From assembly GCA_013375475.1 (NCBI GenBank), contig JABXKD010000019.1:1-47854 (forward strand): a stretch of DNA of 47,854 bases, read 5' to 3'. The number at the start of each line of letters is the position of its first letter. The first letter of the stretch is position 1. The position numbers and the translations under genes are program-made. This document shows positions 1-8,437 of this stretch, one piece after another. Under the pieces are notes generated by a model. It was not told the DNA's origin. It searched no databases and saw only the letters and a program-made list of their open reading frames with translations. Source of the stretch: Promethearchaeota archaeon. GTDB taxonomy: Archaea > Asgardarchaeota > Lokiarchaeia > Sigyniarchaeales > SOKP01.

Positions 1-461
1 AAATAAAGACGCTTTAATTGCAAGAAATACGCTATTATACTAAACGGTAGTGTAATAAATAGTAGTCCTATCAACAGCATAACCATAAACCCTGGCAACT
101 GCAACTGAAACATGCCTATTAATGTGAATATGAATGTTATTAAAGTAAAAACAACCATCAATCCTATAAATAGTCCTAGTAATTTATTTCGCTTTTTGCG
201 TATTTGCCCAAATTTAACAAAACCCATCCTGGGCTGAGTTATGAATTTCTTTCCGAGAAAAAAAACAAGTATAACTCCAGTATCCCAACCAAAAATAGTC
301 ACTAAAACATCCACAGTCTCAGGCAATCCAAAAAATCCCCCTAACCAAGAAAAACCCATCCCCATAATTAACAAGCCAAAATATATGTCCCATAACCCAT
401 CCTGAAGAGTAGATATCCACGCTTTTTTTTCCATAGCTTTTATATCAATGTGTTCAGCCAT
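1..461 (-). CDS. Multi-pass membrane protein, partial (runs off the left edge); tandem paralog of 454..1086
   Basis: Not in the ORF track. Manual translation from ATG at 461 gives MAEHIDIKAMEKKAWISTLQDGLWDIYFGLLIMG, matching MNHEIGLEEIEKKAWRTTFDDGIFDIYFGILI of the upstream gene. The start overlaps the upstream TGA (454-456). Confidence 0.85.
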   Translation of the reverse strand, partial: MAEHIDIKAMEKKAWISTLQDGLWDIYFGLLIMGMGFSWLGGFFGLPETVDVLVTIFGWDTGVILVFFLGKKFITQPRMGFVKFGQIRKKRNKLLGLFIGLMVVFTLITFIFTLIGMFQLQLPGFMVMLLIGLLFITLPFSIIAYFLQLKRLY

Positions 462-1086
462 TATTTTTCGCCTCTTCAGGTAATGGATATTTTTTCATAA
501 ATCGAATCAGATAAGTAATACCTACAAGCATAATTATTCCTCCTAATGAAAGATATGAGAATAAAAAATTAAAAGGGATTGGTATAATAAGTGATGAAAT
601 ATCTGCTAAGAAGAAACCAGACCCTAATATAACAGCATAAACATACAACCGAGTGAACTGTAAAAAGTAAGCCACAAAACAAAGTGGAACAGTTAAAAAT
701 AAGAGCCCTTCTAGAAGATAAGGGAGATTAAAATTTCCTTCATTGTTTGATAGATTAAAAAGAAAAAGGATTAGTAAAAGCACCACACTAACAGATAAAA
801 CAACCATTGTTCTCAATTTTTTAATTTTCCGTTTACGACCAAATTTTACAGCTCCTATACGAGGTTTAATAAGATATTTCTTGCTAAGAATAAAAAAGGC
901 GAGACCAAATCCAAGCATAATTGGCCCTAACAAAACATTTAAAGGAAAGGGTAAAATCTCAGTAAGGGAAATACTAGGAGCAAAACTTGCTATTAAAATT
1001 CCGAAGTATATATCGAAAATTCCGTCATCAAAGGTTGTTCTCCACGCTTTTTTCTCTATTTCTTCAAGTCCAATTTCATGATTCAT
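454..1086 (-). CDS. Multi-pass membrane protein of unknown function (about 6 TM)
   Basis: 210-aa ORF with hydrophobic segments and a basic loop (KPRIGAVKFGRKRK); has an adjacent paralog. Confidence 0.85.
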   Translation of the reverse strand: MNHEIGLEEIEKKAWRTTFDDGIFDIYFGILIASFAPSISLTEILPFPLNVLLGPIMLGFGLAFFILSKKYLIKPRIGAVKFGRKRKIKKLRTMVVLSVSVVLLLILFLFNLSNNEGNFNLPYLLEGLLFLTVPLCFVAYFLQFTRLYVYAVILGSGFFLADISSLIIPIPFNFLFSYLSLGGIIMLVGITYLIRFMKKYPLPEEAKNNG

Positions 1087-1187
1087 GTTAAAATTACCTT
1101 ACATCTTGAATGAGTAATTAAAATACACCTTACCTCATAATTTCATTTATTTGTTTTTATTCTGTAATTGATAATAAAAATTGATAG

Positions 1188-1215
1188 AAAAAAAATTGAG
1201 GTTTGAGTACACCTC
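1188..1215 (-). terminator. Short hairpin followed by a T-tract after the ABC permease gene
   Basis: Minus strand reads GAGGT-GTACTCAA-ACCTC-AA-TTTTTTTT, starting 3 nt after the stop codon. Confidence 0.45.
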
Positions 1216-1218
1216 TTT

Positions 1219-2898
1219 TTACTCTATTTTATTTAACTTTTTCATACCATAAATTAATAGTGGAATACTTGTTGCAAAATTGTAAAGGAATATTATACCA
1301 TGTATAACGAGTACCTTTAAAACCAAAGAATCTATATCAATGAAAATCAATGCCATTATGGGTATAAAAAGTAAGGGTTGTAGGAGAACCATAGAAATCA
1401 TAGCGTTAGTTTTCATGTTTGAATCTTTTTCTCCATAAGCGGGGGAAATACATTCAATTCCCATAGCTTGACACATAACAATCTGTGAAAATATCAGAAA
1501 TTCTATAAAGAATATAACAGTGCTAAAGATATCTAGGTGGGCAAAAATATTGAAAATAATCGAAATGGACGCTGCGATAAAAATATTTAAAATAAACATA
1601 GCGAACAAGTAGGAATAAACCAAACCTTTTATCCCTCGGGGGGATCTCTTATATACCCATATTAGATCTTTTGAATCTACGAAACCAAGGTGTCCAAGCA
1701 TTATACTTCCTACACCTCCTCCTATAGCAATTAGTATTGTGGTTGCAAAAACTCTCCCAAAAGTATCCACCGTCATACTAGAAATAAACCAAGTCATAAA
1801 ACCAACAAGTCCCACAACATAAACAATTCTTGCATAGTTGGCTTTCTTCCTTAAGAATCTTTTAAGTTGCATAACAACCAGACCTGCCCATGTTCGACCT
1901 GTTCCTTTTCTTACAATTTTATAAAATAAATTTTCGTGTTCTATAATCGTGGCACTGCTTTTTTCAATACCGCCTTCTAGGGTGTAAAAAGACAGAGCTT
2001 TTTTGTAAGAGATATATAAAATTATTAGTGGGACGCTTATTGCCAATAATAGATTTATCCAGATGTTTAAAACAAAAGTGTCAAGTAAAACGGGATCAAT
2101 GCTATACAGAATTATATTTGAAAACCATAATGAAGGATAAATTGCTAACCAATTTTTCAACTCCGGGTTTGCCAACAGTTCGTTAAGGAAAAACATTACA
2201 GCGTACATTATCACTATCATTAAAATCGTGAAAATCCATATTAATGCCTTTCCTAAATCCCTTGCTTTTTCACTTTTAGAAATCTTATGCTCAAACCAAC
2301 TAGCAATTACAGTTCCAACAAGATTAGCAAAATAGACAACACCAAAAACACAAGCATATATTACAATGTATTGTACAAGTGTCAAATCTATGAGTGGATT
2401 TATCATTCCAACTATGATTGGGGCTAAAATTAGTACCGCCATAGTATATATAGGAGCTTTTCCTAAGAATTCACCTAGGAAAATATCGTTAGGTTTAACG
2501 GGAGTTGCCAACAACGATTCTTTGAAACCAACTTCCATCTCTCTGTAAACATTGTTTAATGGATACATTACTAATATTAGAAATAATGTCATTAAGAAAG
2601 ATTCTATAAGAATTGCTACAGCAGGCTTAAAAATGTCAGAGAATTGAGCCGCTAAAGTTGGCATAAACATATCGAATAGGAAAGGTGCGAATACAAACGC
2701 CCATAGGAATAATAGAGAATAGAGAATCACAAAAAATACTGCCCGATGGTTTCGAAAACTGCTTGTCCTGACTCTAATTTCGTTCTTTGCGATAACTCTC
2801 CACAAACTCTTCTTTTTATATTTCATTTCTAGTTTGTGCTTTTGAGTTAATTTGTTATTAGATGCTTCCCACTCTTTTTCATTTGTTAATAAAGTCAT
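1219..2898 (-). CDS. ABC exporter permease (about 12 TM, two repeated halves)
   Basis: Highly hydrophobic; contains LLATPVKPNDIFLG and KRSPRG loops typical of exporter permeases; 7 bp downstream of an ABC ATPase. Confidence 0.8.
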   Translation of the reverse strand: MTLLTNEKEWEASNNKLTQKHKLEMKYKKKSLWRVIAKNEIRVRTSSFRNHRAVFFVILYSLLFLWAFVFAPFLFDMFMPTLAAQFSDIFKPAVAILIESFLMTLFLILVMYPLNNVYREMEVGFKESLLATPVKPNDIFLGEFLGKAPIYTMAVLILAPIIVGMINPLIDLTLVQYIVIYACVFGVVYFANLVGTVIASWFEHKISKSEKARDLGKALIWIFTILMIVIMYAVMFFLNELLANPELKNWLAIYPSLWFSNIILYSIDPVLLDTFVLNIWINLLLAISVPLIILYISYKKALSFYTLEGGIEKSSATIIEHENLFYKIVRKGTGRTWAGLVVMQLKRFLRKKANYARIVYVVGLVGFMTWFISSMTVDTFGRVFATTILIAIGGGVGSIMLGHLGFVDSKDLIWVYKRSPRGIKGLVYSYLFAMFILNIFIAASISIIFNIFAHLDIFSTVIFFIEFLIFSQIVMCQAMGIECISPAYGEKDSNMKTNAMISMVLLQPLLFIPIMALIFIDIDSLVLKVLVIHGIIFLYNFATSIPLLIYGMKKLNKIE

Positions 2899-2905
2899 TT
2901 AAAAC

Positions 2906-3757
2906 CTACCTCGTTTTTCTGTATTTTTTCTTCTTATTCTTCTGCTTTTTCTTTTTACTTTCGCGTTCGATAGAATTTTCTTCTCTCCATGCTAATAGAT
3001 CTTCTATGTGAGTCGCTCCGGTGATCTTTAAGTATGCCTCCTCTAGATTTTCAGCTCCTACAGATTCAATTATTTCTTGTGGAGTCCCTTCAATTTCAAG
3101 TTTACCTTCAACAATGATGCCAATAACGTCACATAACTCTTCAGCAGAATCGAGAAGGTGAGTGCATATGAAAATAGTCTTATCTGCTTTTTTAGCGAGT
3201 TCTGAAATAAGATTTTTTACCATTCTGGCAGCAGCAGGATCTAAATTGGATGTTGGTTCGTCTAGAAAAATTATTTCTGGATCTTGGATTAAAGCCGCAC
3301 ATAGACAGACTTTCTGCTTCATACCTCTGGAATAGCCTTCTAAAAGATCGTTTTCTCTACCTAGTAAATCAAAGAGCTCCAGTAATTCATTAATACGTTC
3401 AGAAATTGTATCTTTGGGTAAGTAATACAATTCTCCGATAAACTCTAAGAATTCTTTTGCCGTGAGTTTGGAATATAATCCAGGTGATTCTGGTAAAAAT
3501 CCACAGATTCTTCTGATATCCTCGTTTTGAGTAAGTAAATCATAACCACCAACCGAGGCATTACCTGAAGTTTTTGAAATAATCGCGTTAAGCATCCTGA
3601 CAGTTGTTGTTTTACCCGCTCCGTTTGGACCGAGCAACCCATAAGTTTTACCGAAAGGAATTTTCAAATTAAGGTTACTTACCGCATGGACACTACCGAA
3701 ATTTTTTGTCAGATCGTTAGTAACGATCGCATAACTTTCTGTCATTTTTTTTATCAA
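2906..3757 (-). CDS. ABC transporter ATP-binding protein (export type)
   Basis: Walker A GPNGAGKTT, signature YSRGMKQ, Walker B IIFLDEP, H-loop CTH; very basic C-terminal tail. Confidence 0.95.
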   Translation of the reverse strand: MIKKMTESYAIVTNDLTKNFGSVHAVSNLNLKIPFGKTYGLLGPNGAGKTTTVRMLNAIISKTSGNASVGGYDLLTQNEDIRRICGFLPESPGLYSKLTAKEFLEFIGELYYLPKDTISERINELLELFDLLGRENDLLEGYSRGMKQKVCLCAALIQDPEIIFLDEPTSNLDPAAARMVKNLISELAKKADKTIFICTHLLDSAEELCDVIGIIVEGKLEIEGTPQEIIESVGAENLEEAYLKITGATHIEDLLAWREENSIERESKKKKQKNKKKKYRKTR

Positions 3758-3871
3758 CTCTTTTTTTTATTTAATTTTTATTTTTAATATATGAGTAGTA
3801 CATTTGAAAAATATACTCGTGAGTAAATTTTTAATATTCGCAAGAACATGGTCGTATAAAAAATTCATATT

Positions 3872-4081
3872 TCATTTAACCTTTCTTTCAATTTTTTTAC
3901 TTGGGGTAAATCTGGCTCTTGTCCCTAACAAAAAGAACAAGATAACCGCTATGGCATAACTTGCTATAATGGTAATGATAAGATTTTGTAAAAAACTCAA
4001 TAATATCGCCCCTACAGCTACTACCATTGAGGGTGCTAAAAAATTAGTCAATTTACTCGTCTTTTCATTTATTATAAACAT
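3872..4081 (-). CDS. Small 2-TM membrane protein
   Basis: 69 aa, two hydrophobic helices and a basic tail; 12 bp from its co-oriented neighbour. Confidence 0.65.
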   Translation of the reverse strand: MFIINEKTSKLTNFLAPSMVVAVGAILLSFLQNLIITIIASYAIAVILFFLLGTRARFTPSKKIERKVK

Positions 4082-4093
4082 ATTCTTTGACTC

Positions 4094-4303
4094 CTAATTT
4101 TGCGATTGTTTATCATTCATTCTTCTTTCTTTCCCAAATCTAATTAAAAAGCTTAGATTCATTACTAAAGAAAGTCCTGTGAACAATCCCTCAAGAAAAT
4201 TAGCTAGAGCATTTTGTCCACCGAATCTCCCTAATAGAATAGCTACTAAGAGCGAAGACGTGCCAAGAATAAACATCGATTCGTTTTTTTTATAAATACG
4301 CAT
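4094..4303 (-). CDS. Small 2-TM membrane protein
   Basis: 69 aa; FLEGLFTGLSLVMNL helix; tight operon spacing. Confidence 0.7.
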   Translation of the reverse strand: MRIYKKNESMFILGTSSLLVAILLGRFGGQNALANFLEGLFTGLSLVMNLSFLIRFGKERRMNDKQSQN

Positions 4304-4309
4304 TTTTTT

Positions 4310-4558
4310 TTACTCCTCTAATTGATTCCTTATCTCTTCTTCTTCCAATTTTGCTTCGCGTCTTTGACGGGCTATTATTGGAACAAATATTGCCACCCAG
4401 CTTGGGAAAAAAATATAAAATGGAAAACTGCTATCATCAGAACCAGATCCTCCGGTTACAGATCCATTTAATAAAACGAAAAGATATATCACTGCTAGAG
4501 AAATTATTCCAATCAAAAATCCAAGAATCATTTTTTGGTATTTATCCATATTTTTCAT
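4310..4558 (-). CDS. Small 2-TM membrane protein
   Basis: 82 aa; TM - Gly/Ser linker - TM - charged tail; first gene of the minus-strand cluster. Confidence 0.7.
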   Translation of the reverse strand: MKNMDKYQKMILGFLIGIISLAVIYLFVLLNGSVTGGSGSDDSSFPFYIFFPSWVAIFVPIIARQRREAKLEEEEIRNQLEE

Positions 4559-4641
4559 CTTATTTTGTTTTTTTAGACCTAAATTGAACTTATTAAATTT
4601 TTAATTTATGAATTGAAGCTTTCTTCTCTTACTCTGTTCCC

Positions 4642-4758
4642 ACTTTGCCATACAGAGTAAACAATTAAATATAGATAACATTAATATTTAAACTTTATGC
4701 AACAGAGTTTCCCTAAAAACCCTTCCCTCATTAAGAAAGGGACTTTACTCTACAAAGC
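4642..4758. promoter_or_regulatory. Three imperfect palindromic operator sites (ACTTTR-N5-CARAGY) at 50-bp spacing around a TATA box
   Basis: ACTTTG-CCATA-CAGAGT (4642-4658), ACTTTA-TGCAA-CAGAGT (4692-4708), ACTTTA-CTCTA-CAAAGC (4742-4758); minus-strand TTTAAATA at 4685-4692. Confidence 0.65.
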
Positions 4759-4971
4759 ATCGAGATTATGGTCAAAAACAAGTAATCTCTAAGAAAAGAG
4801 CCAAAAGCAGAATATTGGTCAATCTTATGATATATAATAAAATAAAATTCCCACTAATTGTGGATCCAATGAGATTATTGCTAAATATAGCTTCTTTTAA
4901 GATTGAGGTTTAAAGTTTGAATTAAATATATATTGGAATGAAATAATTTTTCATTTTAAAATTGAATAAAA

Positions 4972-5454
4972 TTACCAAAATGCCTGTTCCATTTTTTTTA
5001 TGGGATCATCTAAAGAATCTTCAATTTCTTTGTCGAAATTTGAAAACATAGATATCTCGTTATCCCAATTGTCTATAGCTTCCTTTGAGTATAGAGTAAA
5101 AAATTTATCCATTACATTTCTTAATTCTTGAAGCACTTTTTTAGGTTTAATTTTTTTGTCAGAATTAGCAATAAAGATAAAATGAGCTCGTTTTAGGATA
5201 GTAAAGCGCATATCACTTAGCTCAAAATTAGATAATCCCCCTGTTGTAATCTCTTCAGCAAAGGAATTTAGTGCAGTCAATAAAGCGCCAAAAAGTTGTT
5301 CATCTAAGATTTTTTCGTAAACTCTACTAAAAACAACTAATCCTCCCTCAGATACAATCCACATATCTCGTAAAATTTTATTTGAAACCAAAGACTTCAC
5401 TTGAAGGTTTTTTGATTTAATTGAAAGCCAACTATATTTATTATCTTCTATCAA
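4972..5454 (-). CDS. Longin/Roadblock-like small domain protein; true start probably near 5391-5400
   Basis: Pattern WIVSEGGLVVFSR...DEQLFGALLTALNSFAEEI...FELSDMRFTIL..FIFIAN fits the beta-beta-alpha-beta-beta-beta-alpha longin-like proteins common in Asgard archaea. Confidence 0.65.
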   Translation of the reverse strand: MIEDNKYSWLSIKSKNLQVKSLVSNKILRDMWIVSEGGLVVFSRVYEKILDEQLFGALLTALNSFAEEITTGGLSNFELSDMRFTILKRAHFIFIANSDKKIKPKKVLQELRNVMDKFFTLYSKEAIDNWDNEISMFSNFDKEIEDSLDDPIKKMEQAFW

Positions 5455-5535
5455 TTAATAATTTTTTTTATAATTATTAAAAGGTTTAAAATTTAAGTCT
5501 AAAGATTTTTAAAAGAATATTTAGATATAATTTGT

Positions 5536-6285
5536 ATGTCTTATACACCATTTAGTGATAATATTTTGCCGATATTCTTCTATTATATTGGTTTAATATT
5601 ATTCAGTCTTGTGATGACAGTTTTAATGATAAAGAAATGGAGACAGAGAAAAGTTAAATCCCCTCTTTATCTTTCGATCGTATTTATATTACTAACGGTC
5701 GCTTTAATGGCTCTAACTATTGGCTTAGCTGAGGCTATCGCAACGGGCTTCTTTAAAGAAATATATAGAATTTCTTTACCTTTGGCTTATTGTATGATAA
5801 TTATAGCAGACATATTTTTATTTATATTTGCTGAGGAAATTACCAGTAAAGGAAAAAAAGCATTTGTTCCTTTAATTATTCTTGGAGTCGTTATTTCTGT
5901 TGTTTTGTTCCTCCCTTGGAACTGGTGGGGTGTCCCTCCTGAAGATTATGTTGGACAACCAAGCATTCGACTTTATTCAACGCTTTCTGTAATCCTTTAT
6001 TCTTATATAGTTTACATCTTTATCTCTGTATTCTGTATAAAAGCAAGGAAGCAAACACAAGATGCTAAAGCAAAAACAGGTTTGACACTTTTATTTCTAT
6101 CTATGATTTCTATGATAGCGTTCTTTCTGATGTTTGTTTTCGATACACTACTCATTACACTTACTGATCATCCTGGTTATTCTGAATTCGTTTATATTGC
6201 TTGGATCTTCGCGATCTTGTTCTTTATTTTTATCTACCTATCATTAGTCATGCCAAAATGGCTCGTGGATAGGATAAAGAAATAA
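5536..6285 (+). CDS. 7-TM membrane protein (sensor-like, no cytoplasmic output domain)
   Basis: Seven hydrophobic segments; basic loops after TM1 (KKWRQRK) and TM5 (KARKQ); ends in MPKWL. Confidence 0.75.
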   Translation: MSYTPFSDNILPIFFYYIGLILFSLVMTVLMIKKWRQRKVKSPLYLSIVFILLTVALMALTIGLAEAIATGFFKEIYRISLPLAYCMIIIADIFLFIFAEEITSKGKKAFVPLIILGVVISVVLFLPWNWWGVPPEDYVGQPSIRLYSTLSVILYSYIVYIFISVFCIKARKQTQDAKAKTGLTLLFLSMISMIAFFLMFVFDTLLITLTDHPGYSEFVYIAWIFAILFFIFIYLSLVMPKWLVDRIKK

Positions 6286-6315
6286 TATAATGAAATAAAA
6301 CTTTTTTTTCTTTTT

Positions 6316-6843
6316 TTATAACAATTTAGTTTGTAAAAGTATTTCCTCTACGATCATCTTAATTGACTTTTCCGTCGTATCAATGATGATCTCTGCGGAA
6401 GAATTGTAATAAATTTCTCTGTATCGCAAAACTTTTTCTATTTCCTTAAAGGGATCTTTCTTGTTGATAACTGGTCTGTTTTCTTTACCTTCCTTCATCG
6501 CTCTGCGGTAAATTACCTTCGGAGTTGCTGTTAATAAGACTATGTGGCAGAACTGCTTCAATATTTCAATATTAGCTTCGTTTAAAACAACTCCTCCTCC
6601 ACAAGATATAATCGATTTTGATAATCGAGCTGTTTTCCTACACGCTTCAATTTCATATTCTCTAAACTTAACCTCACCATCTTCTTCAAAAATTTTAGGG
6701 ATCGACTTTCCAGCGATCTCTATGATAACTTGATCGGTTTCTATGAATTTATAATCAATTCCCAAGCGATCTTTTAATGCTTTTCCTACTGTAGACTTAC
6801 CCGTTGCCATAAACCCTATTAATGCGATGGAATCCTTTTTCAT
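6316..6843 (-). CDS. aroK: Shikimate kinase (AroK/NMP-kinase type)
   Basis: GFMATGKSTVG P-loop, IFEEDGEVKFREYE, SCGGGVV and NRP lid motifs. Confidence 0.92.
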   Translation of the reverse strand: MKKDSIALIGFMATGKSTVGKALKDRLGIDYKFIETDQVIIEIAGKSIPKIFEEDGEVKFREYEIEACRKTARLSKSIISCGGGVVLNEANIEILKQFCHIVLLTATPKVIYRRAMKEGKENRPVINKKDPFKEIEKVLRYREIYYNSSAEIIIDTTEKSIKMIVEEILLQTKLL

Positions 6844-6905
6844 ACTATTTACTCAAAATTTCTATTTCGCTATGGTGTAAATTAGAAAAATTAAAAAAAA
6901 CTGTC

Positions 6906-7460
6906 CTAATCCATTGAAAATCCATGAGTCTCTAAAACGCCCTTTTCCAACCCTATGTAATTTCCATTAATATAGGCAAAGCAATTAAATTTTTCAGGAT
7001 CTAATCTTCCATTTGAAACAAATTGTTCATCAGAGTGTGTTGCAACAACTTCTCCAAGATAACATACGTGAGAACCTAGTTCAATTCGTTGAATAACTTT
7101 GCATTCCATATTCCATGGAAATTCTTTAACCATAGGGACTTGAACTACTTCACTTTGCTCTTTAGTTAGATTTAATTCTTTCCATTTATTAACATCTCTT
7201 CCCGAACGAGTCCCACAATAATCCATTTCTTTCAACTGGTCTTTTGTTGGGTAATTAATTACAAACTCCCTGTGTTTCTCGATTAATTCGTAAGAATGGC
7301 GTTTTGGTTGTATTGAAATTGCTATAATTGGAGGTTTTAAACAAACTTTTCCGACATAAGCGAGAGTAATTAAATTCGCTTCTTCACCAATCCCTACAGA
7401 TATAACCGCAGCAGGCATCGGAAATGTCGAAGTTCCTATACTGAGAGAAATCTTATTCAT
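6906..7460 (-). CDS. Flavin reductase-like FMN-binding protein
   Basis: PMPAAVI, REFVINYP, CGTRSGRDVNK, ECKV and GSH...GEV motifs. Confidence 0.9.
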   Translation of the reverse strand: MNKISLSIGTSTFPMPAAVISVGIGEEANLITLAYVGKVCLKPPIIAISIQPKRHSYELIEKHREFVINYPTKDQLKEMDYCGTRSGRDVNKWKELNLTKEQSEVVQVPMVKEFPWNMECKVIQRIELGSHVCYLGEVVATHSDEQFVSNGRLDPEKFNCFAYINGNYIGLEKGVLETHGFSMD

Positions 7461-7567
7461 ATTTTAATATCATCCTTCATTTGTTTTCTGCTTTAGCTAA
7501 ATAATTATAAATTATTCTTATTATTAATCTAATTAATAGTTTCAAATTTAATAATTATTCTAAAAGC

Positions 7568-8437
7568 ATGCTGAATAACCCGCAAATAAAAGAAGGGACT
7601 AAGGTCTTGTGTGTAATTGGTCATCCAATCGAGCATAGCATGAGCCCCGTAATGCATAATGCTGCTCTTAAAGAATTGGCTCTAGATTACATTTATCTAG
7701 CGTTTGATGTTCCTCCTAGGGCCCTTGAAACAACAGTATTAGGGTTTAAAAAGCATGATATAAAAGGGATAAATATCACCATTCCACATAAAGAAACTAT
7801 TATGCAGTATTTAGATCAAATTGACCCTCTAGCTAAAAACATTGGTGCTGTTAATACTGTTAAAAATATAAATGGAATTTTAATAGGTAGGAACACAGAT
7901 GCATATGGGGCTAAAAAAGCTTTAATTGATGCCGGATGTATAATTAGAGATAAGAAAATATTGATTTTAGGAGCAGGAGGGGCTGCTAGAGCAATTAGTT
8001 TTGCGTTGTCCGAGAATATTGCCGAAATAATAGTGTGTAATAGGACAGAGAGGCGAGCAATTGAGTTAGCTAAAGATTTAAGCGATAAAATGAATATTGC
8101 AGCCACAGGAAAAGATATGAGTAAAGAAACGCTTAAAACCTTGACGAATGATGCAGATATTGTGATTAATACAACACCTATTGGGATGTATCCAGTTGTA
8201 AAAAAATCACCAATTCCCAAGGAATTATTAAATGATCACTTATTTGTCTATGATATTATCTACAATCCTATCAAAACTCAATTTTTAAAAGACGCTACTG
8301 AAATTGGGTGCAAAACATTGAATGGGATTGATATGTTCATTAATCAAGGGGCATTAGCATTCGAATGGTGGACAGATAAAAAACCAAATACAATTTTAAT
8401 GAAAGAGAAAATTATTGAAATTTTGGGAAAAAAATGA
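7568..8437 (+). CDS. aroE: Shikimate dehydrogenase
   Basis: HSMSPVMHN, NITIPHK, GAVNT, NTD, GAGGAARA, DIIYNP, Q-GA motifs. Confidence 0.96.
   Translation: MLNNPQIKEGTKVLCVIGHPIEHSMSPVMHNAALKELALDYIYLAFDVPPRALETTVLGFKKHDIKGINITIPHKETIMQYLDQIDPLAKNIGAVNTVKNINGILIGRNTDAYGAKKALIDAGCIIRDKKILILGAGGAARAISFALSENIAEIIVCNRTERRAIELAKDLSDKMNIAATGKDMSKETLKTLTNDADIVINTTPIGMYPVVKKSPIPKELLNDHLFVYDIIYNPIKTQFLKDATEIGCKTLNGIDMFINQGALAFEWWTDKKPNTILMKEKIIEILGKK

Noticed and set aside
4642-4808. CRISPR-like interpretation of the 50-bp periodic motif
   Set aside because: Units are only 17 bp, degenerate in the centre and few, with no cas genes; fits operator sites better.
5536-6285. Rhodopsin or true GPCR call for the 7-TM protein
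   Set aside because: No retinal-binding Lys in helix 7 and no GPCR motifs; TM count alone is insufficient.
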